Notes: generated by a model from the sequence alone, not told the origin. Positions 37,789-51,085 are shown, counted from the first letter of the whole stretch. The stretch: DNA of 61,460 nucleotides, filler included, from Sphacelaria rigidula (GCA_964200075.2; 4 parts of 4 records of this genome joined end to end with filler, not necessarily neighbours in it); one strand, 5' to 3'. Numbers and translations are program-made.

Positions 37789-40700
37789 TAGAATGATGTT
37801 GACGGTACCGTGAAGGCAGGCCCTTACTCTGTGTATCCATCTCGTTACCCCTGTACATCGTTGAGGATATCTCCAGCCACAGGTGCTGCAGCAAGTCGGT
37901 TTCATTTGGCGTGTGTAGCCCAGGCGCATAGTTGCTCTCTTCCTGGTCAAGTCCTGACGCGATCCGTTGGCCTCAGTGTTTTGGTGGTCGAGCCAAAGAC
38001 GGCACACGTGTCTGCAAATCACGTCCCCTCTTTCGACTCTTTCGAGTCGAAAAAGACGAGCTTGGGTGCTAGTCACCACCGCTAGTCATGAGTGTTCGTG
38101 TACGTACTATCACGTCTTTGAACAGGGGGAAGGCAGCATGGTTGACCTTTGTCGTTCGCGTGATCCAGAGTCGTATTCTTCATTTTTCCCCACTTCCACG
38201 AAACACTGACGCGGCGGAGTCGGCGGGCTCGATCGAGCACAAAATTATGCCAAGATGCTGCTACACATCTACCAGTACACTATCTCTACAAATACCTCCT
38301 TGGAGAGAGACTCCCGACCAACTTCACCCAAGCATAAGGCGCCATCTTGCTGGCTATGAATGCTTTCTCCAAAGCTGAAGTAACATACGCACCCAATTGT
38401 CTGAAAACCTTGAAGTCGATTTGAATTCGGCATCCGAAACGCGGCTGTGTCGGTGTTGCACGCGTGGCCTTTGTTTCCCCCCTCGTTTCTTTCTCTCCTC
38501 GTACAAGCATTCACTTTGGAACTTTGCCGTATCTCGACGGATGATGTGCAAAGTCGACGGTTCTGAGACTGGAGTCTTCAAACTTGATCCCAGCCGCATC
38601 CAGACACAGCACAGCACCCAGCGGGTATATCCGTTTGTGAGGACGATTGTAAAGCGTGCCATACAGACATAAAAAGTAAGATGAGGCCGACGCTTCGTGG
38701 CGAAATGCAGTCAAGCGGGACGAGGAAGGGCGGGGAATGTTGAATTTTGCCAGCTTGGCGTTCATCGAACCCCCATGCGGAACCAGCATGATGGTGTTAC
38801 GAGAGACGGTCGCTCTCGACACCAAACCGACAGCATACCTCACCCGCTGCCATCCCACGCTACCTCACGTTTTTGCTCGAATTTCAACGAGGCATTACAT
38901 TCCAACTGTGCGGGACAAATGGGGTTACCCTCACCACGGATCGTGCCTCCTGGGTGCTGTACTGTGCCGTGACGACATCGGGGTCCAGGTGCATTGGAAT
39001 ATCCTCACAGCAATGGTCCATGATCGCTGAGTGCTGTATAAATAGTGTGACGTAGTGAAAATAGGATCCATTTGTGCCCACTCCAGTCCCAAATATAGCA
39101 CGATGTTCGTCACCATCCATGAAGAAGTGGACCTGCGTTCACGAGGCACGCCGCAGACGCAGTGCTGTTTGAGTTCATTGGCTTATTCTCTTCACACAAC
39201 TTTCAATATTCACACCCGCGGTTAGCATAAAAGTAGTACAGTATAAGATCCCCCGGTAAACGATGGCCTACAAACGTCAAACATCACCCCCCTTGTTGCG
39301 AAGTACACTCTGCAGAAGCTACAAAAGCCGCAGAGGATGCCCCCTACCCTGGACATTCCTTCGCCCATCACATTTCTCGGGCGGGGGATAGCACCCGAGT
39401 GACTCACATTACCAAGAAAGCTTCCATGTGCGGAAAAATAAAACTATAGAAATACCAAACAAAAGAAGAAACAAAGCCAACAGAAAGAAACAACACCACG
39501 TGAAAAATATCCGGAGCAAAAAAAGACAAGAAACAAGCAGGAGATATTCCAGACACCAGACATCAGGTACCGCATACCGGGTACAGTACCCCTCATACAC
39601 CAAGTCAAGGCCAGGTGCAGAAGGTGAAGCGGGCACGCGCCGCTAGTACTATACATTCTGGCGCCTTTACACCGGCGCGCTGATGAGCCTACTGTACATT
39701 CCTTATCGTCCCCCGGAGACACCCTCCTGTCTTGCCTACGTATGGGGAAAGTACGAAGGGTGCACATTGAATTGATCGCTTTTCCTGGGCCCTTGTCCCA
39801 TCCCCTTCGTGTCCAGGCCCGGTCACACTGCTCGCTCTCTGAATCGTCTGAGTACAATTTTGACTTCGGCTTTGCTCCCCGTCGGATTGAGTAACTCGCT
39901 GATTAATGCCGACTCGATCGTTTGAAATTGGAGAAGCTTTCGCCCACTCCTCTGCCTAGGGGCGGGTGCTTTACGAGTAGGGGTAACTATCATATCATGT
40001 TCAAGGTCCATCATTATCGACACGGATTTTTCGGGGACCTCCGAAATTGTCGGGAGTGGCAAGGTACCTATTTATTCTCAAATGCTTGCGAGCGACACAG
40101 CACATTTACAGGGCAGTTCTCCGAAGTGCTGCGTTGCAGTCCGATGTTTTAGGACGTATTCAAAAATGAAGCTTCGGAGAAGAAAATCAAGCCACTTTAT
40201 TCTCGGAGAAGTGTGAACGCAGAGTACGAAAACTCTGAATTTTTCCGAGATTTCTGAGAAAATGAAGATGTCGATAACAATGAGCCCAATACGGTACTGT
40301 CGAATACATTTCAGTTATGTTCCTGGGAGGGGATCTTGCTTTGGCTTGTTCGCGTTTTCCAGCTGCCACCCCCTCGTGTTCAGCCAAGGCACATCTCCTC
40401 CTGCCTTTGACGTTACCTCCTCTCCAGGCACAGAGAGCTGCGCTTGGTGGTTTCTGCGTTTTCGAAGGCATCGGACTTCGGAGGCCAGAATGGAATACGA
40501 CTCGTTTTTCTTGCAGTGTACTGCACGCACTTTAGAGGGTATGTTCGTGTGAAGAAATGCCAATCCCGATCATATATAATATTTGTGCGCTGTGATGGAA
40601 TTGGATGTGAAATCCCGAGGGGTATACTGTAGCTGCTGGCGCCTTCTAAAGCCATGTGCCAATAGCAGGGCGGTTAGCTGCTCCATGCAGTCGACAAAAT

Positions 40701-43575
40701 TGATCACGGTGGGTGATCAACAGGGTCTCCCCAGCCGGACGTCGGCACGATACAAGTGTTGCTTGCTCGATGATTAGTCTTTTTTTTGTTTTTTCTTCCT
40801 TTTGGCTCGCTGTTTTCGTCGGGTCGCATAGAAGTAATGAAGGCGGCAAGCCACCCTCTGAAACGCGTGGAAAACAACTCGTGTTCAATAAAATAACGGC
40901 CATGAACAGGTGTTCTCACACCCGCGGAGCGACGAAGGACGGAGGGCGGCGGGAGCACAGTGGGCTCTACTTCGTACAAGTTGTCCTACCACAGTTCAGC
41001 GTGAATCACTCTTTTACTACGAGTGTACTGTTGTTCTGCTGAATGTCGTACTACAGAGTAAGTCCACTGAGCTTGGGTCACTGGGCCAGCCAGCACGGTA
41101 GAGTAGGGTGTACTGGGACTTCAATTGCATCTTTGCCATGCCCGTGGTGGCACATGTATACATACGGACACAACGTCAGAGCGAACAACGCCGAGGTGGA
41201 TGGTCGAGCTATCATGGTTTGCCGGCAGCATCCGTTGGTAGTCCTAGCTGTGAGGGACATGGGATATCCTGGTGTTCGAGGGCCCATGGACCATCATGTG
41301 CGCACCCAATGTGAAGTGCAGTCATCGAATTGCAAAGTTTCGGGGAATTTTTTGATAGAGCGGACGCACACAGCGCAAAAAAGAAACACATCCAAAATTC
41401 ATCGAATATTCAGAACGAAACGAAGATGCCGACCCACCTGACACGACAACACTGTCCCCTTCCTTCACCATCACAGCCCGACGACGCAACTTCTGCAACG
41501 ATGGCGGCCCCTCAAGAACACATTTTAGCCGCGTGCTCTTCTCTTTCTTTTTCTCTCTCTCTCTTCCTCTACTCCGCCCAGCCAAATAACCTCGCGCTTG
41601 GCGCTGGAGCCCCCAGATCTACCCACGCAGCGGCAGCTCTACTCGTGCATGCTGCAACGATGTATAGTGGAACTTTTTCGACCTGTTGGATGTCGTTCCA
41701 CCCGATGCTGTCGGGTTTTCCTCCTTGGAGACAAATGGCCATCAGGCTTAGCCGAGAAATCGACAAGCACACATCAATCGACAGAGTATCACACCTAATT
41801 ATCTAGATGTCGCAGTAGTTCTCGAGACAATCAGCCTGGCGCAAGCTACCGGAGCGAAGAAAAGTAACCCATATCGAGCAAGGTGGGACTCTTTTTGGCT
41901 TTCGAAGAACTTGCCGGCCGCCCTGTGTGCGGGACAGCGACACACAGCCTATTACCTAGGCGGCGATATCCTTCTTCCCTTTGACCTCATTTCTACCGCT
42001 CGCGATGTCACGGCCACGACAGCGTCGTATGATTCACGCGGTGGACAAGAGGTGCTGCCTAATCGTCGCCTGGGATCGTGCTTGGTCGACAGCCTTGACC
42101 ATGTTCAGGAAGCGAACAGTTTACCCATCGTTGCTTCCTGAACAGACCACGTATCAAAGAGTATCCAGCTCGCTGTTTGACCGGTACTCGTCAAATAGTT
42201 GTATCCGGTAATGAGATCGCCTGAGCGCAACATGGAGATATATCTAGTCGTACTGTTCACGCGCCAGCCTCATCGGACCGATACGTCCGGGACTCAGCAG
42301 GCATATTTATCGTCGCCTTCGTCCAAGAGCTGCACCTGAAATGTACAGCTGCTTGATCGCGATATCGAGAGGCTGTGTCGAGAATGGCTATGCAGGAGCT
42401 CACGCGGTTATGGAATAAACAGGAGTGTCAGCAGGTGTCAGGGGTGTTCGTCGGTGACGTGCTTTTGTTGCGGTTCGTCGACAATGTCTCATGAAACCGT
42501 CGGCATGTACACAGTCAGTAGTCAGTATAGTGTACAGTGGTCAGTACTCAGTAGTACAGTACAGTACTCGTACTTTCAGAGTTCTGTACTCAAAATTGGA
42601 AAATTGGATCTTGACCAGCCGCGCCACCTCGCTGGGCCTCTTGCTGCAGTACCCCACCTGTGAATTACAGCACAGCAACAAGCAGCCCAACAGTAGGTAG
42701 TAAAACAGTAGTGCCGTTGGCAGCTCGAAAACCGCGTGATCCCCTGGCCAAAATCTGCCACGGATAAGCAGGCACGCCACGTTCGACCTCCTCCTACTAC
42801 CCGACCGCGGAAGTTCTTCTCGTTGTTGAAGATACTACTACCGGATTGGATGGAATGACAGTGTGGATCTCTGATTACTGATTACCCGCCGGGTGCTGTC
42901 GCTTGGTCTCGTGAGCCGGTAGGATCTTGACCGGTGGGACATGTTGCGGCCGTTGGATCGTTCCACATCGTCTCTCAAGGGGTCGTGGCCGTTATGCCCT
43001 TGTCAAACATTATTCTGCACAAAGAATAACGATCCCACTACTACTGTTGTATACAACAGATATCAGGACGTCGGGTCCCGTGCCAAGGTCAGGCAGACCA
43101 GTAGACCAAACTCGTCCCCAGCAGAGGACGACTCGCGACAGGGGCTAGCGATCGGCTAGGGACAACGTGCATACCGCGCTGCTGGTACTACTTACGGGTG
43201 AAACTGTTGTTTGTACTCTGTTGTGACCACTGCTCAAAACTAAGTCATGGTGTAGGCCGGGATGGCTACAGTACCGTGTTATCCCGCATTCAGAACAGTT
43301 TCCGTCAATTTTGTGCTGCGTATATCCTTACTCCACTCGCCTGGGCCGCCAGTTCTGACTCGCTCACTCGCGGGTTTTCTGCTTGTTAACACAGCAGAAC
43401 GTACAAAAGTAGGCTGTTCCCTCATATATGCTAGTTCTTGCCTTGTGGTGTTGTCAAGAACGTGGTCGTATCCAGCCCTCCGCCCACCGACTCTTTTTCC
43501 TACATCACCCGTCGCTGAAGACGACCTGCTACGACCTGGGCGAGCATAGAGACGGATCTGTCGGTTGTAGGCAGA

Positions 43576-43709
43576 TTCTCGCCTCAGTTTGGAGAGTTGC
43601 ACTCCGAAAGCTGGTATGTAGAATTGCTGGGAAAATTGCTTCGTTTCTTATGCCCTAGCGGTTCTCCATACGAAGCTTTCGATTGCAACTCTCTCACAAT
43701 TGAGGAGAA
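43576..43709. repeat. Imperfect inverted repeat (transposon-internal); partial copy at 44023-44070
   Basis: GAGAGTTGCA..GAAAGCT..TATG / CATACGAAGCTTTC..TGCAACTCTC. Confidence 0.55.
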
Positions 43710-44080
43710 CACTCCAGATTCACTTCCAACCTGGGCCAGTCTACGAGCGGAGCTGCACTTGTAGGTGAACTATAATAGCAGGTCAGCTTCGAGACACATG
43801 CTTTGGAAATTTTGTGTGGAAAACCTCAAGGACATGGTAAAACTAAGTACAGAAGATCTTCGGCATATATATATATATATATATATATTCCTTTTATTCT
43901 TGGTGAGTTCAGGGTGTTTTGGCGTTTGCGAGTAGCGAGGAACATTTTTCACGAGCACGTGCTCAACAAGTGAAGAAGAAATCAAGGCTTACTTTTCTCT
44001 TGTTTGTAGGATGCCATCACGATTCTCCATACGAACTTTCAAATCACAACTCTACGAAGTGAGCGGAGAAACTGAGTTAA

Positions 44081-44181
44081 CCCTTCGGCCGCGAGGGTAG
44101 GTCACCCTCTGAATCGGCGCCGATTTCACGCGAAGAAAACATGTGCGATCCAGATGGACTACCCGCATCGCGGTCTAAGGG
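44081..44181. mobile_element. piggyBac-type mini-MITE
   Basis: TTAA|CCCTTCGGCCGCGA...TCGCGGTCTAAGGG|TTAA; same terminus at ~50043-50068 and a related one at ~60827-60846. Confidence 0.75.
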
Positions 44182-46171
44182 TTAAGAGCAAACAGCAACA
44201 ATGTCTATTTGTCACAAAAAAGAAAAACTCATGAATAAAGTGTCAACGTGCCACGTGTAATCTTTTGTTTCACCTCTGCTATGCTCCATACCAAATTTCA
44301 AGCACAAATCTCGAAACTGAGACGCGAAATCCAGATTCTGCACATTGGGTGCCTCTGGTTGCAAAATAGTGGGTTCCGCATGGAATCTCATGTGGTCCTT
44401 GAGCAATGCCACGGTAGGGGTGCACTTTTTTCGCGAAATTTTGTCTGGTTCAGGGGCTCCTAACGATTTTAGACGTACAAGAAAACAGGTCAGGGCATCC
44501 CCATTTGCAGATTTATTCGGGATATCCCCAGCACATAGGAATAGGAATCTTGGCGTACTCTCGCATATTTTTATAAGTCGTGTTTTGGATGAGATAAGGG
44601 GCTCCTAACAATTTTAATCTCAGAAATTATTTCTTTACCCCTACCGTAGCATCACTCCCTTGTCTACAGATTTGATGACGAATCAGGTGAAGGTGAGGGC
44701 ATCAATTGTTTTCCCGTGCTTCAGGCATGTCCACACCGAGAATCATCATCATCCGCTGTACATGTCGTTGGGGGTCTCGTACAGACTCTAGCAGCATGTA
44801 GACATGCCTGCAAGTCATGGGATCTACTCGACATGGCACTTGATCAACGAGTGAGTAATTGCCCAGGCTGTAGAGCAGATGAACATCTGCCATCTGCTTC
44901 CTGATTGGGTGGTCGATATAAGGTGTGCGGATCACGGCCCAACTCGTTTGCGTCGATGATATATGGCTGTGAGAGCTGAAATCCGTCTCTCGGCCGACCC
45001 AGCTATTGCAGTACGACGGCACGTACCGTACAATCCTGTGTGAGCGCTACAACTGACAGTATTTTAGTAGCGGCAGCGTCCGCCTCCTTCTCCCCTGTAG
45101 GTCATGCACCCAGCAGAGTGAGGACGTACCGAGGACGGTAGTTTTGCGGCGGACACACGAAGCCAGGAGCAGCGCTAGTCTTGCACTTCTGGGCAGCAAG
45201 TCCTCTTGATCTAGCCCGCCGAAGAAAGAGTAATCGTTTCCTCCCCCTGTGAAGCAATGGAAGAAGCGCAAGAGAGGAAGTAGTGTCGAAACGAGTGAAA
45301 TGGGATTGGTTTCGAGTCCTCAGTGAGGAATTGCGCGGCAAAAGCTTCGGGATCGGACAATGCCACAATGCACTTCGGGACCTCATCGTAGCTACGATAC
45401 AGCTGCAAGAACACGCGAGTTGAGTGGGGAAACGCAACGAGGAGAAAGTTGTGGGCAAAACAAATACAATGGACCTCGGCTCCCGAGGGGCGGGGTCGGG
45501 TGGGCGGGGGGTACTCATGAACTTGCATGCCGAAGCCACAAGACCAGTGACCTCGCACCCCCATAAAACCGGGACGGAGCACACAGGGCTTTCGCCGAAC
45601 GAGGCTCGCAATTACCAAGCGCGAAGCACCGTGTGATGTGATCGGCGAGTCGCACGAGGGGGACACCAGCCTCCTGCTAAGATTGTTCGGCCCGAAGCGT
45701 ACTGATATTTTGCATATGGATAACGGCCCCCAGTGAGTTGCTTCATTTTCTGGCATTGCCACTACCAGAGACAACCACGGGTTACATTGCCTCATGGATG
45801 TTTCACCATATGAACACTACGTAGCACGATCCCTCTTTGCGCGGATTTGAAGTTCTTCCACGCCGCACAGTATGTCTTAACTCGACCACCAATTTGGTGA
45901 ACGCAAAAATACACAAGCGAGGACAAAAGCGGTGAGCTGGTTGCCTAGCTTACGCAGCGAGATGCGTGTTTTACAGCGTCTTTGCTGACCGACGCCAAGC
46001 TTTGCAGGGGGGGCCGGAGCAGGGGGGGGGGGCGTACTCATTTGTTGCTTGCCTTAGTCATTTGACCATAGNNNNNNNNNNNNNNNNNNNNNNNNNNNNN
46101 NNNNNNNNNNNNNNNTTAATTAATTAANNNNNNNNNNNNNNNNNNNNNNNNNNNNNNNNNNNNNNNNNNNN

Positions 46172-46546
46172 GGCTCCCCGGAAATGGAAACGCAAAAAAT
46201 GGTGCACATACCACCGACCAATATCAGCATAGTGAGCATTTTTTCATGGTTCGTGACCGTATTTACGTCATATTTGAAAACCATCGTTCACGCCATCAAA
46301 ACGGAAAGCCAGGCATCTACCCAACATGACTCGCCAACGGTGACCCATAGTGAAACAAGAGCGCACATTTTCACTCACAAAAGGGTTTTGTGAGTAAAAT
46401 CAGTTGTGACAAAAAAACAGGCTCCCCGGAAATGGAAACGCAAAAAATGGTGCACATACCACCGACCAATATCAGCATAGTGAGCATTTTTTCATGGTTC
46501 GTGACCGTATTTACGTCATATTTGAAAACCATCGTTCACGCCATCA
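46172..46546 (+). repeat. Direct repeat, period 248 bp (127 bp identical)
   Basis: 46172-46298 equals 46420-46546; located at the contig start. Confidence 0.9.
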
Positions 46547-46690
46547 GGTCTTCGCAGCATAGCTTCGAATTAATACACGGGTAGCTTTCCTGCATGGATC
46601 TTGTGGGGACACACATCCGTAGGAGGAAAAATCCGAATGCGTGGCGAAAACAACGCCGAGTCCTTGACTGCACACAAATACGGATAATTT

Positions 46691-47268
46691 CAAGATTGCG
46701 TTTTGTAAGGTACGATTTTCTGTTTACCCTGGGTATTTCCCCGGGCATTTATCGTACCCGACAATTCTGGGACTTCTGTAAGACTTTCATACCGGTACCC
46801 GACAGTTCTGTCAAGTCTGCAAGACTTTCATACCCTTGCCCGATAGTTCTGTGAGTTTTGTAAGCCTCCCGTACCGTTACCGGGGACACCGGTATGCTCC
46901 TGGTAAGATACCTGGTTGCGGGTACGGTTTTCTGTGCCACCTCCATACCCTACCCGACAGTTTCTGTTAGTTCTGTGTAAGCGTCCCATACCCTTCCCCG
47001 ACAGTTCTGTGAGATCTGTACAGAATGTATACCCGTACCCGGGGCGCGGGTATGCCCTTGAAAAAATACCTGATTACCGGTACGATTTTATGTCAACCTC
47101 CCATACCCTACCTGACAAGTTCTAAATTTCCGTGAGGCTTCCAAACCGGTACCCATGAGTTTTGAAATGTCTACGAAACTTTCATACCGGTACTCGATAT
47201 TTGTGCTATTTCTGTGAGGAATCTCACACCCTACAGAACATACCCATACCCTACAGAACACAAACTTG
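46691..47268. mobile_element. hAT-type MITE
   Basis: TIRs CAAGATTGCGTTTTGTAAGG / CCCTACAGAACACAAACTTG; exact 8-bp TSD GATAATTT; internal GTTCTGT/TACCC repeats. Confidence 0.85.
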
Positions 47269-47298
47269 GATAATTTCCTTTCGGATAGGTCCACCTAC

Positions 47299-47441
47299 CT
47301 CACGGAATCCGTTGAGCACACCCGACATCTTGAAGTGATTGTGGGACATGGAACTTCGATCCGAGAGCAGTATGCCAGCTGATGCGTTAACCCTTGGATT
47401 GGCACTGGTACCTATCGGGTCCGCTGTAGCGCGTGCCGCGC
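47299..47441 (-). CDS. TICRR: Treslin/TICRR homologue, exon 7; 3' end of the gene lies off the contig
   Basis: cgcag| phase 1 matches exon 6; GAG|GTAGGT; open frame. Confidence 0.65.
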
Positions 47442-47950
47442 CTGCGTAGGGCATCAGCACAAACAGGGAAAAAAGCAGACGTCAGGCAAAAAACCAAGAT
47501 AGTGAAAATGAAAAACCTTAGATGGTTCAACTTTCTAAGTATAAAAAAATATGCCGCCGCCACCAGCAACCCAGAAAAAAAGAAGGACGTACACTCCCAG
47601 TATGCAGCCGTACTGGTGCAACAACACGCACAAGAATACAGTTAAAAAAATGCCATATTTATCACTGCGATGACAGTAACATATACCTTGAGGTAAAAGG
47701 TGGCCTACTGGTGGAAAAGTGAACAGCGCCCCAATTTTTCACCCAACTTAAGTTTGACGGGGGGGAGGGGGTACGCTATATCCAAGCACCTGCCCCGGTG
47801 AACGGAGTCAGACTTGCATGACTGCAGTTGGTTCACATGTTGAAAGTGCTTTACTGGACTCGGAGCAAGAGTTTACACGGTTATCGAGAGATTTGTGCAA
47901 CTTGACCCTGAGTCAAAAATATCAAACTGATATGGTAAATAAATCACTCC

Positions 47951-48978
47951 ACTGAGGCAGGCGGCTGAGTTCTAGAGTTGCCCGGAGATCCTGCCCACCG
48001 CAGCACATATTTTGAGTGATTGATCCATTGTCGCACTTCAAGTGACCCCCGTGGTCACATGATCTCTCTCTCACATAGAAGGGGTTAAGGAAAATATGAC
48101 TTCATCCAACGACCTATCGATATACGTCCCATCACTCCTGCAGCTAACGTAGCTGCTTGCAGGGGTTTCATATCGAATCTTCGGCCAATGTGTGAAGCAT
48201 TGCCATGAGGCCGAAAACAGCGGGGGTGGACGGGGGTGTAGAGCCGGAGAACTGAGAGATACGCCACCTCCCGCTCATTGTGAAAGGGGCCGTCTCCTGA
48301 GAATGAAAATATCTTTTGATCTAACATCCGTCTAAAACAACGTTCCAGCGATGCACGCCGAATATATAGTTCACCGGACAACACTGAGGCTTTCAGACAA
48401 CTCTTTTGAAGGAACTCGGCAAAATGACGCCTAAACTTAAGGAGAAGGGGGTACAAACGTGCAGCGCACGCTATGCGTTTTTGGCACAAAATCGGGGGAG
48501 GCGACTGTTTTCTTGAAAACAGGTCTCTGCAAATGGCGCCGCCGGCTGCGCCACATGCACACCAGGAGATAAATTACGTCACTGAGGCGGCTGAGTTCTA
48601 GCTCCGGAGTTGTCCGGAGATCCCGCCGCACCACATAGAAGGGGTTAAGGAAAATATGGCTTCATCCAACAACCTATCGATGTACGTCCCATCACTCCTG
48701 CAGCTAACGTAGCTGCTTGCAGGGGTTTCATACCAAATCTTCGGCCAATGAGTGAAACATTGTCATGATGAGTCCAAAAAAAGCGGGGTTGGACGGGGGT
48801 GTACTGCCGGAGAACTGAGAGAAACGCCACCTCCCGCCCATTGTGAAAGGGACCATCTCCTGAGAATGAAAGCATCTTCCGATCTAACATCCGTCTAAAA
48901 CCACGTTCCAGCGATGCAAGACGTATATCTATTTCACCTGCAAATGGCGCCGCCGGCTCCGCCACATCCACACCAGGA
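47951..48978. repeat. Tandem duplication of the Treslin exon 6 end plus the intron start
   Basis: 48072-48375 resembles 48632-48938; 48528-48569 resembles 48939-48979. Confidence 0.85.
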
Positions 48979-49691
48979 GGCGCGGCTTCCTTGCCCCTTC
49001 CAGCCCCCGCATCCTTCTTGCTCCCATCTCTAACCTCACTCAGTCTCGATGCCGCCGTTACCATTGCCGCTGCGCTGTCGCCGCTGGGAGCGGAACAACT
49101 CTCAGCAGTAGCAGAAGTAGCAGAAGTAGCAGCAGCAGCAGAGGCAAGGGCAGCCGTCAGCGACTCCGGCGGGTGCCTCTCAAAGTCCTCAAAGAGTGCG
49201 GCGAGCGTGCGCGGCAATCGCGACGCAAAGTGCTCAACCAACCCAATCCCCATGAAGTCAGCCATTGTACCGTCGTAAGCACGAGGATTAAAGCCGTTCG
49301 CGACGACGCCCCCACCACTTTGCGCGGTTGTACCGCTGTCACCGCCCCCGCCCCCGCCCGCATCGCCGGCGGAGGGCACAGCTCTCGTGACGGTGCAAGC
49401 ATCGAGCATGGTGGATATCGGCTGCAGGAAGCTCTCCAGGCGCGTTCGTCGCGCCCTTGGGAGAGGGTCACACGGCCGAATCGGAGCGCTGTCCTCATCC
49501 TTCGCACGCTTTCGTTTGCGCTTTTTCTTCTTTTTTTTTTTATCCTTGTCCTTCGATCCGGTATTTTCGTCATCATCCGGCTTTCCGTCGGTAGCCGTTC
49601 GGCTAGTCGCGAGCGCGGAGAACACCGCAAGAGTCTCGGGTGTGTCCGGGAGGTCCATGGCGGGGGTGTTCAGTTGACACAGAAGCAAGGC
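48938..49691 (-). CDS. TICRR: Treslin/TICRR homologue, exon 6 (STD second half, poly-Lys NLS-like tract)
   Basis: ALLLCQL...MADFMGIGLVEHFASRLPRTLAALFEDF resembles [27 protein letters not shown]; donor GCAG|GTGAAA. Confidence 0.8.
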
Positions 49692-50628
49692 CTGGGGGGG
49701 GGGAGGTGGAGGTCCGGAGTGCAACGGCGTAACCGTCATGACGAGAGGGCGCAGAAGTCGGGCCAAGTGTAAAAAAACTGGACATGAAGTAATTGCATCG
49801 GGGGGCTTCGTTTCACTACTTTCGTGCCTACCCCTCATTCTGTAAGGGGAAGGGGGTAATTGGTGAATATTTTGCAACTGCCGCCAACGAGAATTTGTGT
49901 TCCAAAACACAGGCAATGCTCTCATGTACGGTCTTTATCCACAAAATTCTGAACGCGACTGAACTTGACTCTTCGACCGCGAGCTGCCTAGGCCAACTGT
50001 AAAATCAGCATTAATTTCACTTGAGAAATTAGTGTATGATCAGGTGACCTACCCTCGCGGTCAAAGGGCAGAATGGATTTGAGGGCACACATCACGACGA
50101 GCAAGTGCACAAGGGGTAGGAACACAGTCCAGTCAGCATAACACATCGTCTCATAATGTACACGTCTCGTGACACTTCGACAGAAAATTACGAAAGTAAC
50201 TCCGACGACTGAACCTCTGCCGTATCATTCAGTAGACCTAAATAATTGTTCGTACACAACGGTTGACAGGGATGACTACTTGATTGTAGACTTGAGAAAA
50301 TTCTGATAGATGTATGGCAGGGGGCAGGTGAGCAGTGGACCCAGCTCGTGCGCCTTGGGTCGGGGTTCGTGTTCGTGTTCGTTTGTAACATTCCATGCTG
50401 TTTCCCATCAACCGCTGTGTAGGAACATTTCTTTAGGTCCCCTCGTATCATCGCGACTTTCGATCGAGAGAAACACGGAGGGAACAGTGTCACCATTGCT
50501 TCACCTCTCCGCATACGCAAACATTTTCAGGCGAGAACGAATGCCCACAGCCTGTACAGAACTCAAAATCCGAATAACGAAATTTCAAAGAGAACCAAGG
50601 TTGAACGCAGCCTCGATTGAATGGACTA

Positions 50629-50981
50629 GTGTGTTGTGTGTGTTCTCGTCCCATCTATTCTGGACGCCGGTCTACAACTTTCGGTATGTGTGGGCGCGCC
50701 AGCCGGGGTCACACAGGAGGAAGGTCAGCACAAGAGTTTTTGTTTTGTCTTGTTTTGTTTTGATGCTCCATCTTCCTTCTGCGGTGCTTGCTTTTTATTT
50801 TTATCGCGAGAGGGGTTCGGCAGACCCGTTCCCTCGTCGACCCTCAAGTCGAACCTCTTGTACCCAAGACACAGTCGCTCTTCACCATTGGGCATGAGAA
50901 AAAATCCCAGATTGCTCCGAGATTCGAACCCACGACCAAGCAGTCAGAAGGTTTCGAGGTTACCAACTGAGCCACCGGGAC
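50629..50981 (-). mobile_element. tRNA-derived SINE, apparently full length
   Basis: Minus-strand head with A box TGGCTCAGTTGG and B box GGTTCGAATC; (CA)n tail; body shared with 29110-29293. Confidence 0.8.
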
Positions 50982-51085
50982 GTAGGAACTATTATCGCTC
51001 CTTGCTTCTACAAAAACAACAGTAACAATCCCCACCCCGCCCGTTGCTCATCACATCCTCAAAAACACCGCCTCGGCGCGCTCAC

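Noticed and set aside
39823-45800. Minus-strand ORFs with SP/TP motifs as a possible Treslin C-terminus
   Set aside because: They lie on a different, unlinked contig and form no consistent splice chain
46691-47268. CRISPR-like array (recurring GTTCTGT/TACCC motifs)
   Set aside because: Irregular degenerate internal repeats bounded by TIRs and an 8-bp TSD in a eukaryotic intron
50897-50981. tRNA gene
   Set aside because: A and B boxes are present but there is no proper cloverleaf or acceptor stem; it is the SINE head
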